Shown here one piece after another: positions 8,412 through 19,149 of a stretch of 29,385 bases of DNA (positions within the stretch are counted from its first letter, which is position 1; every line of letters begins with the position of its first letter). The stretch is from the NCBI GenBank assembly GCA_964456315.1, contig CAYWBD010000307.1, positions 1-29,385 on the forward strand, given 5' to 3'. Origin of the DNA: an uncultured Thermoflexus sp. (lineage in GTDB: Bacteria; Chloroflexota; Dehalococcoidia; Lucifugimonadales; Lucifugimonadaceae). Both the position numbers and the translations under genes were made by a program. The notes under the pieces were generated by a model, which was not told the origin of the DNA, ran no database searches, and was given only the letters and a program-made list of their open reading frames with translations.

Positions 8412-8903
8412 ATGCGCGTTGAGGTCAATCGGCACACTCCCGACCCGCTCCACCAGAAAATGTTGGCCAGCAGCGTCGAACTGACCCTGCGTCGTTATCA
8501 ACGTACCCGTGATATCGCGCGCTTGGATAACGCGGCATTGCTTCAATGGGTCAAACTGCTTGACGCCGCCTTGGACGCCAACAACGAAACACAACAAGCA
8601 ACGTTCTCTGAATCGCCCCAAGAGAGCAGAGCCAAATCTTTGTCGGTCCTTGATGCTGTGCTTGGTGCGTTAGATTTCACTATTCTGCCCAACGATAATG
8701 CTAGAGATCAACTGCGTATACTTGAACAAACGACGCTTCGATTGTCGGCGGGCGAACAAGTTTCTGATGAGTTATTAAGCTCATTGGTACTCTTCGCCCG
8801 GCGATACGGACGACACTATGACTATATCTTAGTACCCGAGGGAAAGGCTGACGCGCGGATTACTCACACATGGCCGAAAATGCTTCGTCTCGCCTTCTCG
8901 TAG
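8412..8903 (+). CDS. Hypothetical predicted alpha-helical protein (163 aa), first gene of the low-GC island
   Basis: GGAGG SD at 8400-8404 and ATG at 8412. Codon usage is AT-richer than the host's. The 3' end overlaps the next gene by 34 nt. Confidence 0.7.
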   Translation: MRVEVNRHTPDPLHQKMLASSVELTLRRYQRTRDIARLDNAALLQWVKLLDAALDANNETQQATFSESPQESRAKSLSVLDAVLGALDFTILPNDNARDQLRILEQTTLRLSAGEQVSDELLSSLVLFARRYGRHYDYILVPEGKADARITHTWPKMLRLAFS

Positions 8904-10918
8904 GCGAACTCATCTGGCGTTGTAGTGAGTTGACGAAACAACTCAACTCGCTGCAACCTGAGCACTTTGCGAGCGACGTTGGACGCCAACTGCGAGGCGC
9001 GTTGCTTGAGGCTGTAGACCATGTGTCGCTTCAAGTACGTTCTATCGAGCTTGACGCGGCAGCTGGGGCGTCCATTGAAGAGTTGTTCGCAGCGTCTAGT
9101 AAGTTTCATGCCTTCTTGATGTCGATTGATAACCAATGGCTTCCACTCCTAGGTGGTGCAGTCAGTTCGGCGACGCCGTTTGAAGTCACGGTGCCCATCG
9201 AAAGAATTGCAAAGAAGCTTCTAGGCGAATCCCAGTTCATTTTTAACTCGGTCCGTCAACTAAACTACTCGCTTCTACCGGTCGGACAAACATTGCGAGA
9301 TGAATTCGCGCTCATGGGTCTTCAAGAAATTCTTGTACGATCGGGCTTGACGCCGATACTCCACCAGGTCGATGTAGCAGCGGCTCCGCCCGGGGGCGTA
9401 TTATGTCACGCTATTTTAGCGCACGAGATCGGCCACGCGTTATATGTCGCGCATCGTGCTGAGGACCGATTGGTCTCAACTGCTGTGCTTCCTGAACAGT
9501 ATGTGATTGATATCGCTGCCCGAGACTTCCCGACAGTGGAACGGCTGACAGACGGGTCGTCCCGTCCAATCCAGCTCGTTCTGAGCCAAATGAGAGAAGC
9601 ACAACTGCTGTGGACGCGGGCCCGCCTCAAGAAGATCGTCGTACAGTGGTTGGAAGAATTGTATTGCGATGCAGTGGGCGTTGTGTTGCTGGGTCCTGCA
9701 TACGTGTGCGCAATGGGGGAAATGGCAGTTGTTGGTGGCGATATTGATCGAGCGACGGAATCGCATCCACCAGATCGGCTTAGACTAGATTTCGCCCTGC
9801 GTGTTCTGATCCAGTCGGACGACCGTGGGATGAACTACAAGTCCATGAGAGACAAGAGAGCGCTGCCAGCGCTTGCGTCTATGTTGGCGCCGTGGAAGAG
9901 CTTGTTGGACACAGCACCCAGCGTGCAGGCTGAGTTGGAGGCCGACGCAGCCCGCGCCACCATTGACGGGTCACGGTCCGCCGTCATCCAAGAGGTCACG
10001 CGCACCATTCCTGCCGAGCACCAATTCCGACGTACACGATTTCAGCACGACGTACCTCAACTCGTTGAAAAGTTGCTAAACGGAATCCCGCCAACTGAGA
10101 GGATCGTGAAACGACCGTGGAGGATTGATGCGGCTGATTTGCCGTCCATCTTGAACGCCGGGTGGGTAGTCTATGTTAAGTCACATTTGAGCAACGACTC
10201 GCCATTCGACGCTAGCGCGATGAACAGATTCCAACGATTGATGACCAAATCACTAGAGGACTCCGAACTGCGGAGGGGTTTCAGTGTAGCCGCCGCCGGC
10301 CCCCCGTTAACAGGTCAGCCCCTGGGCAATCGCTTGTTTGGCGACGTGCCTGAGCATGAACGATTAATTGTCACACCGTTGTTGGAGCCGGAATCACAGA
10401 TCAAAGAAGGCAGCGAGGCTATTGACCTTCGACTTGGATCCTGGTTCTTAATTCAAGAACGCTCAGAGGTTAGCAAGTTTGACGCCGCGGATCCCAACTT
10501 CGAGGCGGCCAAGGTGACAGTAGATCGCACATTTCGGATCCCATATGGTTCGTCAACGCTGCTTCATCCTGGTCAGTTCATTTTGGGATCGACGCTTGAA
10601 TTCTTAGCGCTTCCAGGTGATATGAGGGGCTATGTAATCGGGCGATCTGGTTGGGGCCGGCTCGGTCTCGTGATCGCGACGGCGACGGGAGTGAATCCCT
10701 ACTACAAAGGGTGCCTCACACTTGAATTGGCCAATGTCGGCGAGGTGCCGATCACTTTGTGGCCGGGTGTTGCTGTCGCACAATTGTTCTTTCATCATGT
10801 GGAACTCCAGGCGCCCGGGCCGACTTCTCCGTATAGCGGGTCAACGCGGCCGGAGTCAAGCCACCTCGATTTGAGGCAAGTCGTGGGGAGACTCAAGGGA
10901 ATGTCTTCACGACGTTGA
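8870..10918 (+). CDS. Fusion protein: N-terminal HExxH zincin-like (metallopeptidase-like) domain plus C-terminal dCTP deaminase (trimeric dUTPase fold)
   Basis: HEIGH (9422-9436), WLEELYCDAVG..LLGPAY and SHPPDRLR in the N-terminal part. C-terminal ~180 aa has AIDLRLG, LHPGQFILGSTLE, GRSGWGRLGL, GCLTLELANVG and PGVAVAQLFF, typical of Dcd. Confidence 0.85.
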   Translation: MAENASSRLLVGELIWRCSELTKQLNSLQPEHFASDVGRQLRGALLEAVDHVSLQVRSIELDAAAGASIEELFAASSKFHAFLMSIDNQWLPLLGGAVSSATPFEVTVPIERIAKKLLGESQFIFNSVRQLNYSLLPVGQTLRDEFALMGLQEILVRSGLTPILHQVDVAAAPPGGVLCHAILAHEIGHALYVAHRAEDRLVSTAVLPEQYVIDIAARDFPTVERLTDGSSRPIQLVLSQMREAQLLWTRARLKKIVVQWLEELYCDAVGVVLLGPAYVCAMGEMAVVGGDIDRATESHPPDRLRLDFALRVLIQSDDRGMNYKSMRDKRALPALASMLAPWKSLLDTAPSVQAELEADAARATIDGSRSAVIQEVTRTIPAEHQFRRTRFQHDVPQLVEKLLNGIPPTERIVKRPWRIDAADLPSILNAGWVVYVKSHLSNDSPFDASAMNRFQRLMTKSLEDSELRRGFSVAAAGPPLTGQPLGNRLFGDVPEHERLIVTPLLEPESQIKEGSEAIDLRLGSWFLIQERSEVSKFDAADPNFEAAKVTVDRTFRIPYGSSTLLHPGQFILGSTLEFLALPGDMRGYVIGRSGWGRLGLVIATATGVNPYYKGCLTLELANVGEVPITLWPGVAVAQLFFHHVELQAPGPTSPYSGSTRPESSHLDLRQVVGRLKGMSSRR

Positions 10919-10953
10919 ACGACCCAGCAACGGGGCCATGGAATTATGAACGA

Positions 10954-11272
10954 CCCTCCAGTGGGAGAGGGCCAGGGTGAGGGTGAAGTCCGGACCCGTC
11001 CAGCATTTTCCGCAGTAGCGCCCTTGGCCGTGCCACCCTTTGTTGACAATACCAGCACACACGTTCTATTTTACAGTCAATGCATCTGTGGTCCTACCGT
11101 CCCGTTGCCTTCCGGGGGCAGCGAGGCGGCAAGCCCGCAGACACGCTCCGGCAGCAAGTTCGCGCGACCGCGCCGCCTGAGCAGGACACACTCGTACTTG
11201 CACTAACTCATCCCCTCTCCCCTTGAGGGAGAGGGCAAAGAGCCTGCCCCGGCGAAAGCCGGGGGTGAGGGG
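10954..11272. repeat. Family A palindromic repeats at the right edge of the island (10954-10983 and 11212-11272)
   Basis: gggagagggccagggtgaggg; cccctctccccttgagggagaggg (same 24-mer as at 7828 and 14685) followed by gagcctgccccggcgaaagccgggggtgagggg. Confidence 0.8.
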
Positions 11273-11747
11273 TGAACCAAAGCCACGCATCGGACCATCG
11301 GGACGCGGCAAACGACCATCCCCGCACCGGCCCCTCCGGGGCCCGGGCGGCAAAACCCTCCGTCCCTGTCCAGGGACAAACAAGGACCAGGCGCCGTCGG
11401 CCCTCCGGGCAGACGGTGAGTGAAGCACAACACCAACGGCCCCGGGCCGGCAGGGTCTCTCTGCCGGCCAACCTGACCGCGTCCCGATGTCTCCGGCGCT
11501 ACCCCATCGCGCACGCCTCAACGCGCCCACGTCGGCGGTCTTTGACGCCTGCGGCCTCACAGTGCGCGTTGCCCATTGGCTCTACCCCTGTCGGTGTGTT
11601 CCACGATGTCTGGGCTGCGTACTTGTCACTAGACTCGACGAAGCTGCCACGCATACCGGAGGGGGTAGCTACCGGCATGTAGGGGGCTGCTCAGTTCGTT
11701 TGCGCTGCGCTCGGCGCGCCAGGCTCACGGGGGTTTGCCAGTCACAC

Positions 11748-12233
11748 ATGAGACAAGAGTTCGTCAACCCGTTTTTGGCGCCCGTACAGAAGGTCTGGAA
11801 AGTCGAGCTGGGCCTGGACCTGAAGATCAAGAGCGCGCAGGCTGTTGACATCAGCCACACCGTCGGAGACATCACAGCCATAATCGGCGTGAGCGGGTCG
11901 ATTGTGGGGAACGTGCTCTACGGCTTCGGTGAGGGCACCGCCCTTGCTATCGTCACCAAGATGATCGGGCCCGGCGCGAACCCGCGGGACGGCATGGGAC
12001 TGTCCGCCCTCGGCGAAATCGCCAACATGGTGTCCGGCAACGCCGCCACCCAGCTTGCAGCAACGGGGTTCCCTTGCGACATCAGCCCGCCGGTGATCAT
12101 CGAGCCTCGCGGCGCGCGGATAACGACGGCCGTGCCCCAGCAGATCCTGGTCACGTTCACGAGCGACCTCGGCGACCTTCAAGTGCGGATCGGTCTGGCA
12201 GAGAACACCAAGGTGCTCGCCAACGCGGCTTGA
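11748..12233 (+). CDS. cheX: CheX-family chemotaxis phosphatase (orphan)
   Basis: MRQEFVNPF start, ITAIIGVSG, SALGEIANMVSGNA (E-x2-N phosphatase motif) and DISPPVII. Start re-called at ATG 11748. Confidence 0.85.
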   Translation: MRQEFVNPFLAPVQKVWKVELGLDLKIKSAQAVDISHTVGDITAIIGVSGSIVGNVLYGFGEGTALAIVTKMIGPGANPRDGMGLSALGEIANMVSGNAATQLAATGFPCDISPPVIIEPRGARITTAVPQQILVTFTSDLGDLQVRIGLAENTKVLANAA

Positions 12234-12488
12234 GCGGAGGCTGTCCCATCTGCCGCCGGGAGAAGGCGAGGGTGAGGAGCACAATGCCCCTCGGAGCAAG
12301 TGAACTCCTGTAACGACGGCACCGTTCAGGGCCATGCCGTGCGACTTTCAGGCGCTGGCAAGGCACGCCGTGCCCGTACGCGCCCCTGGGCCCCCGCGCG
12401 GCGCTGAGAATGGACACTCCCACCCCGCGCCTTTAGCATTCCCTGTCCGCGCCATTCGTCAGTCACCCATGCGCGCCAGGGTTTTGCA

Positions 12489-13766
12489 TTGAAGATTCAC
12501 GAGTACCAGGCCAAACAACTCCTGGAGCAGTTCGGGATACCGACGCCGCCGGGCGAGGTGGCCGCGTCGGCTGCCGACGCCCGCAAGGTCGCCGAACAAC
12601 TCGGCGGGAGGGTTGTCGTCAAGGCCCAGGTCCACGCCGGAGGCAGGGGCAAGGCCGGCGGGGTCAAAGTCGTCGCCACGCCCGCAGAGGCCGAGGCCGC
12701 GGCAGCAGGGATGCTCGGCCACAGGCTGGTCACGCACCAGACGCCGGCGGGCGGGGTGCTCGTGCGCAAGGTCCTGGTCGCCGCGGCGACCGACATCGCA
12801 GACGAGCTTTATCTTGCTGTGGTCATCGACGGCGAGGCCGGCGCGCCGGTCGTGATCGCCAGCACCGAGGGCGGCGTGGAGATCGAAGAGGTCGCCGCCC
12901 GCACCCCGGACAAGATCATGCGCGTGCCGGGCGACCCGCTCATCGGGCTGTCTCCCTACAAGGCCCGCGACCTGGCGCAGGCCCTGGGCGTGCCCGCGGA
13001 GCTGGTCAGGCCCACCGCGGACCTCATCGGCAGGCTCTACAGGCTGTACGTCGAGAAGGACTGCTCGCTGGCGGAAATCAACCCGCTGGTCGTGACCAAA
13101 CCCACCGGCCCGGACGGCAAGTCGAGAATCATCGCCCTGGACGCCAAGGTCGTCCTCGAGGACGACGCCCTGTTCCGCCACCCTGAGCTCCAGGCCCTGC
13201 ACGACCCGGAGCAGGAAGAGCCGCTCGAACTACGCGCCGCGGCCGCGGAGCTGTCCTACGTGAAGCTGGAGGGCGGCCGCGTCGGCTGCATGGTCAACGG
13301 CGCCGGCCTCGCCATGGCGACCATGGACATCACCAAGTGGGCGGGCGCAGACCCGGCGAACTTCCTGGACGTGGGCGGCAGCGCTGACGAGAAACGCGTC
13401 GAAGAGGCCTACCGCATCCTGGTGGCCGACCCTGACGTGAAGGCGATCTTGATCAACCTCTTCGGGGGCATCCTGCGCTGCGACGCCGCGGCGCGCGGCA
13501 TAGTCGCCGGCGCCCGGGCGACGCGCTCTGACCTGCCCCTGGTGGTCGCCATGCGAGGCACCAACGCCGAGGAAGGGCTGAAGGTGCTATCCGAGTCCGG
13601 GCTGAAGGTCAGCCTGGCCCCTGACCTGGCCGGCGCAGCCGAGGCGCTGAAGGCCATGCTCGCGGGCACGCCTGCGAAGAGCGTGGCTGGGACACCCTCC
13701 GGCTCCGCGGGCCGCGACCACGGCGGGCACCCACGGGGCACGGGCGAGGGGAGGCGGCAGTCATGA
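12489..13766 (+). CDS. sucC: Succinyl-CoA ligase (ADP-forming) beta subunit
   Basis: [50 protein letters not shown] and NFLDVGG. Confidence 0.97.
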   Translation: MKIHEYQAKQLLEQFGIPTPPGEVAASAADARKVAEQLGGRVVVKAQVHAGGRGKAGGVKVVATPAEAEAAAAGMLGHRLVTHQTPAGGVLVRKVLVAAATDIADELYLAVVIDGEAGAPVVIASTEGGVEIEEVAARTPDKIMRVPGDPLIGLSPYKARDLAQALGVPAELVRPTADLIGRLYRLYVEKDCSLAEINPLVVTKPTGPDGKSRIIALDAKVVLEDDALFRHPELQALHDPEQEEPLELRAAAAELSYVKLEGGRVGCMVNGAGLAMATMDITKWAGADPANFLDVGGSADEKRVEEAYRILVADPDVKAILINLFGGILRCDAAARGIVAGARATRSDLPLVVAMRGTNAEEGLKVLSESGLKVSLAPDLAGAAEALKAMLAGTPAKSVAGTPSGSAGRDHGGHPRGTGEGRRQS

Positions 13767-14638
13767 CAGTCCTTGTTGGGAAGGACACGCGGCTGCTGGT
13801 GCAGGGACTGGGGCGCGACGGCGCTTTCCAGGCCAGCAGGGCCCGCGCCTACGGCACGAACATGGTCGCCGCCGTACACCCAGGCCGCGACGGCCAGAAG
13901 TTTGAGGACAGCGTCCCGTACTTCAGCTCTGTCGCGCAGGCGGTGCGCGAGACCGGCGCCAACGTCGGCGTGATCTACGTGCCTGCCCCCGCCGCCGCAG
14001 ACGCCATCACCGAGCAGGTGGACGCGGGCCTGGCCCTGATCGTCTGCATCACCGAAGGCGTGCCCGTCCTGGACATGATGAAGGTCCTGGCCTACATGAA
14101 GGGCAAAAAGAGCCGCCTGATCGGCCCGAACTGCCCCGGCGTCATCCAGCCGGCCACGAAAGTCAAGGTGGGGATCATCCCCGGCAACATTGTCACGCCG
14201 GGACGGATCGGCATCGTCTCGCGCTCCGGCACTCTCACCTACGAGGCCGTGGCGCAGCTCAGCACCCACGGCCTGGGCGAGTCCACGTGCGTGGGCATTG
14301 GCGGCGACCCGCTTCACGGCACGACGTTCACCGATGTGCTGGGCATGTTCCAGGACGACCCGGACACGGACGTGATAGTGATGATCGGCGAGATCGGCGG
14401 GACGCGGGAGCAGCGCGCCGCTGAGTTCATAAAGACGCGGGTACGCAAGCCTGTCGTGGCGGCGATAGTCGGTCAGACGGCGCCAGCGGGCAAGCGCATG
14501 GGCCACGCCGGGGCCATCATCACCGGGTCGGCCGCGCTGGCCTCCGAGAAGGTCAAGGCGCTGCAGGCGGCGGGCGTGCACGTCGTCGACTCCCCGGCCT
14601 ACATCGGCAAGAAAATGCGCGAAGTGCTGGGACGGTGA
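13763..14638 (+). CDS. sucD: Succinyl-CoA ligase alpha subunit
   Basis: [33 protein letters not shown] and phospho-His motif RMGHAGA. ATGA overlap with sucC. Confidence 0.97.
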   Translation: MTVLVGKDTRLLVQGLGRDGAFQASRARAYGTNMVAAVHPGRDGQKFEDSVPYFSSVAQAVRETGANVGVIYVPAPAAADAITEQVDAGLALIVCITEGVPVLDMMKVLAYMKGKKSRLIGPNCPGVIQPATKVKVGIIPGNIVTPGRIGIVSRSGTLTYEAVAQLSTHGLGESTCVGIGGDPLHGTTFTDVLGMFQDDPDTDVIVMIGEIGGTREQRAAEFIKTRVRKPVVAAIVGQTAPAGKRMGHAGAIITGSAALASEKVKALQAAGVHVVDSPAYIGKKMREVLGR

Positions 14639-14645
14639 GCAGTTG

Positions 14646-14882
14646 CCCCCGCTCTCTGCAAGGGAGAGGGGTGCCCGTCTTCGTCCCCTCTCCCCTTGAG
14701 GGAGAGGGGCGCCCAACGGAGGCGGGCGCGGGTGAGGGACACTGCTTGTCCCCTCTCCCTGCAAGGGAGAGGGTTCAGGGTGTGGGTGGCGGGCCGCCGC
14801 CGGGGCCCTTCGACAAGCTCAGGGCGAGCGGCAGGCGCACCAGCAGAGCCGCGTCCTTCACCCTCTCCCGGCGGAAGAGGGG
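14646..14882. repeat. Cluster of family A and family B palindromic repeats downstream of sucD
   Basis: Family A hairpins at ~14646-14671, 14685-14710, 14751-14773 and 14856-14882. Family B cccttcgacaagctcagggcgagcgg at 14806-14831. Confidence 0.85.
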
Positions 14883-14956
14883 GCGCGTGGGCGGCTCGGG
14901 GCGAACGGCACCTGGGTGATCGGTGGTCTACTGCGCGCCGCCCCGAACCGCGCCCG

Positions 14957-15169
14957 TCAGGCCAGCCGCCTCGCCGCGGCGGCTTTGCGCGTCTCCGGCG
15001 TCGAGCGCTCCCAGCCGGTGATCGGGATGGAGTTCATGAAGTCCTGGACCGCGCCGCAGTGCTTGCAGCGGCCCTGGCTGGTCGGACCGTTCGGGCTCTC
15101 GATGCGCCAGAAGTGGGCGCAGCCCGCAGGCTTGCTGTGGTCAACGCCGTTGACCTGTTTCTTGGGCAT
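14957..15169 (-). CDS. Small putative Zn-ribbon protein (70 aa)
   Basis: CAHFWRIESPNGPTSQGRCKHCG gives a C-x-H...C-x2-C metal-binding pattern. Codon usage matches the host. Confidence 0.7.
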   Translation of the reverse strand: MPKKQVNGVDHSKPAGCAHFWRIESPNGPTSQGRCKHCGAVQDFMNSIPITGWERSTPETRKAAAARRLA

Positions 15170-15375
15170 TCTTCGACCCCCGTGCCGGGCGTGGCCCCCG
15201 GACCTGCGCCGACTGGCGGCGCTGACCCCGCAGTGTTGCTTATGTATTCCGGCCTGCCATTGACCCCCGGGCAGGCTGCCGGGCCCGACTAGTCCGGAGG
15301 CTCTCCGGTGGCCATCTCAGGGAGTAAATGGCCCCGATCTGTTAGCCACTCAGGGCTGTTCCGTGCAGACGCCGA

Positions 15376-15412
15376 CCCCTCACCCTGACCCTCTCCCTCA
15401 AGGGGAGAGGGG
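15376..15412. repeat. Family A palindrome immediately downstream of citrate synthase (possible terminator role)
   Basis: cccctcaccctgaccctctccctcaaggggagagggg. Confidence 0.75.
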
Positions 15413-15428
15413 ATGCTGATGCGGCTGC

Positions 15429-16574
15429 CTAGCGGTCCGCGATCGGCACGTAGCTCTGCTCACGCTTTCCCACGTAATGCAACCGCGGCCTGATAAGGAT
15501 GTTGTGCTGGAACTGCTCGACAATCTGCACCGTCCACCCCGGGACGCGGCCGACCGCGAAGATCGGGACAAAGAGGTCCCGCGGGACGCCGAGCAGGTGG
15601 TAGATCACCCCGGCGTAGAAGTCTACGTTGACGTGCACGCCGCGCCGGGCGTAGGGCTGCATCGCCGCGACGACGGCCTCCAGGATGGCGTACCACTGCG
15701 GCTCGCCGCGCTCCTCGGACAGCTTCTTCACGCCCTCGCGCAGGTGGCGGGCCCGCGGGTCCTCCACCTTGTACACGCGGTGTCCGAACCCGGTCACGCG
15801 CTCGCCCTTCGCGTTCAGGTCCTTCACGTACTGCGGGACGCGCGCAGGGTCGCCGATCTCCGTCGCCATCTTCATGACGTCCTCCGCGGCGCCGCCGTGC
15901 GCCGGCCCGGAGAGCGCGGCGATGGCGGAGACCATGGAGGAGTGGAGGTCCGCGCTGGTGCCTGTGACAACGCGGGCGGCAAAAGCTGATGCGTTGGCGC
16001 CGTGCTCGGCGTGGAGGATGAAGTCCTTGTCCATTAGTCGCGCCGTGTCCGGGCTGGGCGCCTTGCCGGTCAGCATAAATAGGAAGTTGGCGGCGTGCCC
16101 GAGCTTGGGGTCCGGTGCGACAGGCTTGCGCTCGTGCCGGATGGCGTTGTGCGCCATGACGATGGTCGGGAACTGCGCGGTCAGTCGCAGCCCCTTGCGC
16201 ACATTCGCAGCCTCGGAGTTGTCGGCGCGGTCCGGGTCAAAAGCCGCCAAAGCGGAAACCGCGGTGCGGAGCACGTCCATGGGGTGGGCGTGCTGGACAG
16301 CGCGGATGACATCGTAGACCGGGGCCGGGACAGCGCGGGAGGCCCTCAGCTCAGCGTCGAATGCGGCCAGCTGCGTGCGGTCCGGGAGGTTGCCGTAGAG
16401 CAGGAGGTAGGCGGTCTCTTCGAACGTGGACCGCTCGGCGAGGTCGTGGATCGAGTAGCCGCGGTATTCCAGGACGCCGGCCTTGCCGTCGATGAAGCTG
16501 GCCTCGGTGCGGTCCAGATAGACATCGGCGAGGCCTCGGCTCAGTGTCACTTCGCCGGTGGCGCCAGTGGTCAA
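15429..16574 (-). CDS. gltA: Citrate synthase (~380-aa type; 2-methylcitrate synthase not excluded)
   Basis: LEYRGYSI, HAEHGANAS, GPAHGGA, GFGHRVYK and NVDFY. Confidence 0.92.
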   Translation of the reverse strand: MTTGATGEVTLSRGLADVYLDRTEASFIDGKAGVLEYRGYSIHDLAERSTFEETAYLLLYGNLPDRTQLAAFDAELRASRAVPAPVYDVIRAVQHAHPMDVLRTAVSALAAFDPDRADNSEAANVRKGLRLTAQFPTIVMAHNAIRHERKPVAPDPKLGHAANFLFMLTGKAPSPDTARLMDKDFILHAEHGANASAFAARVVTGTSADLHSSMVSAIAALSGPAHGGAAEDVMKMATEIGDPARVPQYVKDLNAKGERVTGFGHRVYKVEDPRARHLREGVKKLSEERGEPQWYAILEAVVAAMQPYARRGVHVNVDFYAGVIYHLLGVPRDLFVPIFAVGRVPGWTVQIVEQFQHNILIRPRLHYVGKREQSYVPIADR

Positions 16575-16705
16575 GAATGCCAGCCTCGCCCCGCGGGGGG
16601 CGGCCAGTGCGCGCTCTGTGGCTGATCTGCGCGGCCTGTGCCACTGAAGGGGTGTTCGCGATGGGTTCCCTGCGAACTACACCCGACGCTTTTCGTAGAG
16701 CCGGA

Positions 16706-16734
16706 AGCCTAGCATCGGCCCCCACGAGAGTCAA
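16706..16734 (-). promoter_or_regulatory. Sigma70-type promoter for citrate synthase
   Basis: Minus strand TTGACT-17 nt-TAGGCT with an extended -10 TG (TGcTAGGCT), ~125 nt upstream of the start codon. Confidence 0.6.
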
Positions 16735-16775
16735 ACGCGCGGGCGTGAGGGTTACGCGAGAAAGGCCCGTGCCGT

Positions 16776-16886
16776 GCCCTCTCCCAACGAGAGAGCGTGC
16801 ACGCCCCTGCTCGCTCGCCCCGAGCGGAGCCGAACTGCCACGTCCGCCCGCTCGCCCCGAGCTTGTCGAGGGCCCCGGCCCCGCCC

Positions 16887-16892
<6 letters not shown>
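16776..16892. repeat. Family A/B repeat cluster downstream of thrS
   Basis: ccgctcgccccgagcttgtcgaggg (16848-16872) is the reverse complement of the family B copy inside ffh. ccctctcccaacgagagag and ccctcacccc flank it. Confidence 0.75.
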
Positions 16893-18629
<1,737 letters not shown>

Positions 18630-18767
18630 GGGGGTGGTCCTCCAAGAGACATGTCGGAACGAGTTGGCGGGCGGCCGTCGTGCAACGCGCGAGCATGCGG
18701 CGAACGGTGCGTCGGAGCGCGGGCCTGGCAGGAAGGCGCTACGAGACAGTCTGGAAAGGCGCGTCCC

Positions 18768-19118
18768 CTAGCAGCAGGGGCGCGCCCTGGGAGTTATGGT
18801 CCAGCGCACCCGCGGGCGCGGCTGGGGGTCGCGGCGGGACAGGCCGTGCGGCGATGTCGCGATGCCTCGCCAGGAGGCCTGCGGGTTAACAGGCGCGCAG
18901 CCGACCGGCGACACGTTGCGCCAGAAGCCTTGTGGATAGGCGGGCGCGCAGCCGGCCGGCGACACGTTGTCTCGCCTGAAAGTCTGCGTGTTCGCAGGCG
19001 CGCCGCGGGGGGGCGCGATGTCTCGCCAGAAGCCTTGCGGATAGGCGGGCGCGCAGCGGGGCGACGCCGAAACGTACCGGCTGCGAAGGCGGGCTATCAG
19101 CTTCGACTCGGCGTGCAT
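18768..19118 (-). CDS. Putative small repeat protein with four 17-18-aa units (CAPAYPQGFWR...), or a noncoding tRNA-linked repeat
   Basis: Repeat cores start at 18867, 18918, 18972 and 19023 (periods 51/54/51, all multiples of 3). The two differences between the two PAYPQGFWR copies are synonymous in this frame. No SD. Confidence 0.4.
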   Translation of the reverse strand: MHAESKLIARLRSRYVSASPRCAPAYPQGFWRDIAPPRGAPANTQTFRRDNVSPAGCAPAYPQGFWRNVSPVGCAPVNPQASWRGIATSPHGLSRRDPQPRPRVRWTITPRARPCC

Positions 19119-19149
19119 AAGACATCCCGGCGGGAGGCGGGTGGGTGGA

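Noticed and set aside
7737-8422. ORFs with repeated VIPAKAGIQ / MPSFLRKQES peptides
   Set aside because: These are translations of the intergenic tandem repeat; no SD or domain evidence supports expression.
5618-10918. Intact prophage or gene transfer agent
   Set aside because: Only TerL is present; there is no portal, capsid, tail, integrase or att-like direct repeat in the window.
8275-10933. Inverted CAACGG motifs at both island ends as terminal repeats
   Set aside because: Only 6 bp match, which is expected by chance.
11066-11682. ORFs upstream of cheX (11066-11560, 11203-11514, 11272-11682)
   Set aside because: They overlap repeats, are Arg/Pro/Gly-rich without motifs, and no frame has clear coding bias.
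18630-19149. T-box riboswitch upstream of thrS
   Set aside because: No T-box consensus (GGTGGNACCGCG-like) or terminator/antiterminator pair was found on the minus strand.
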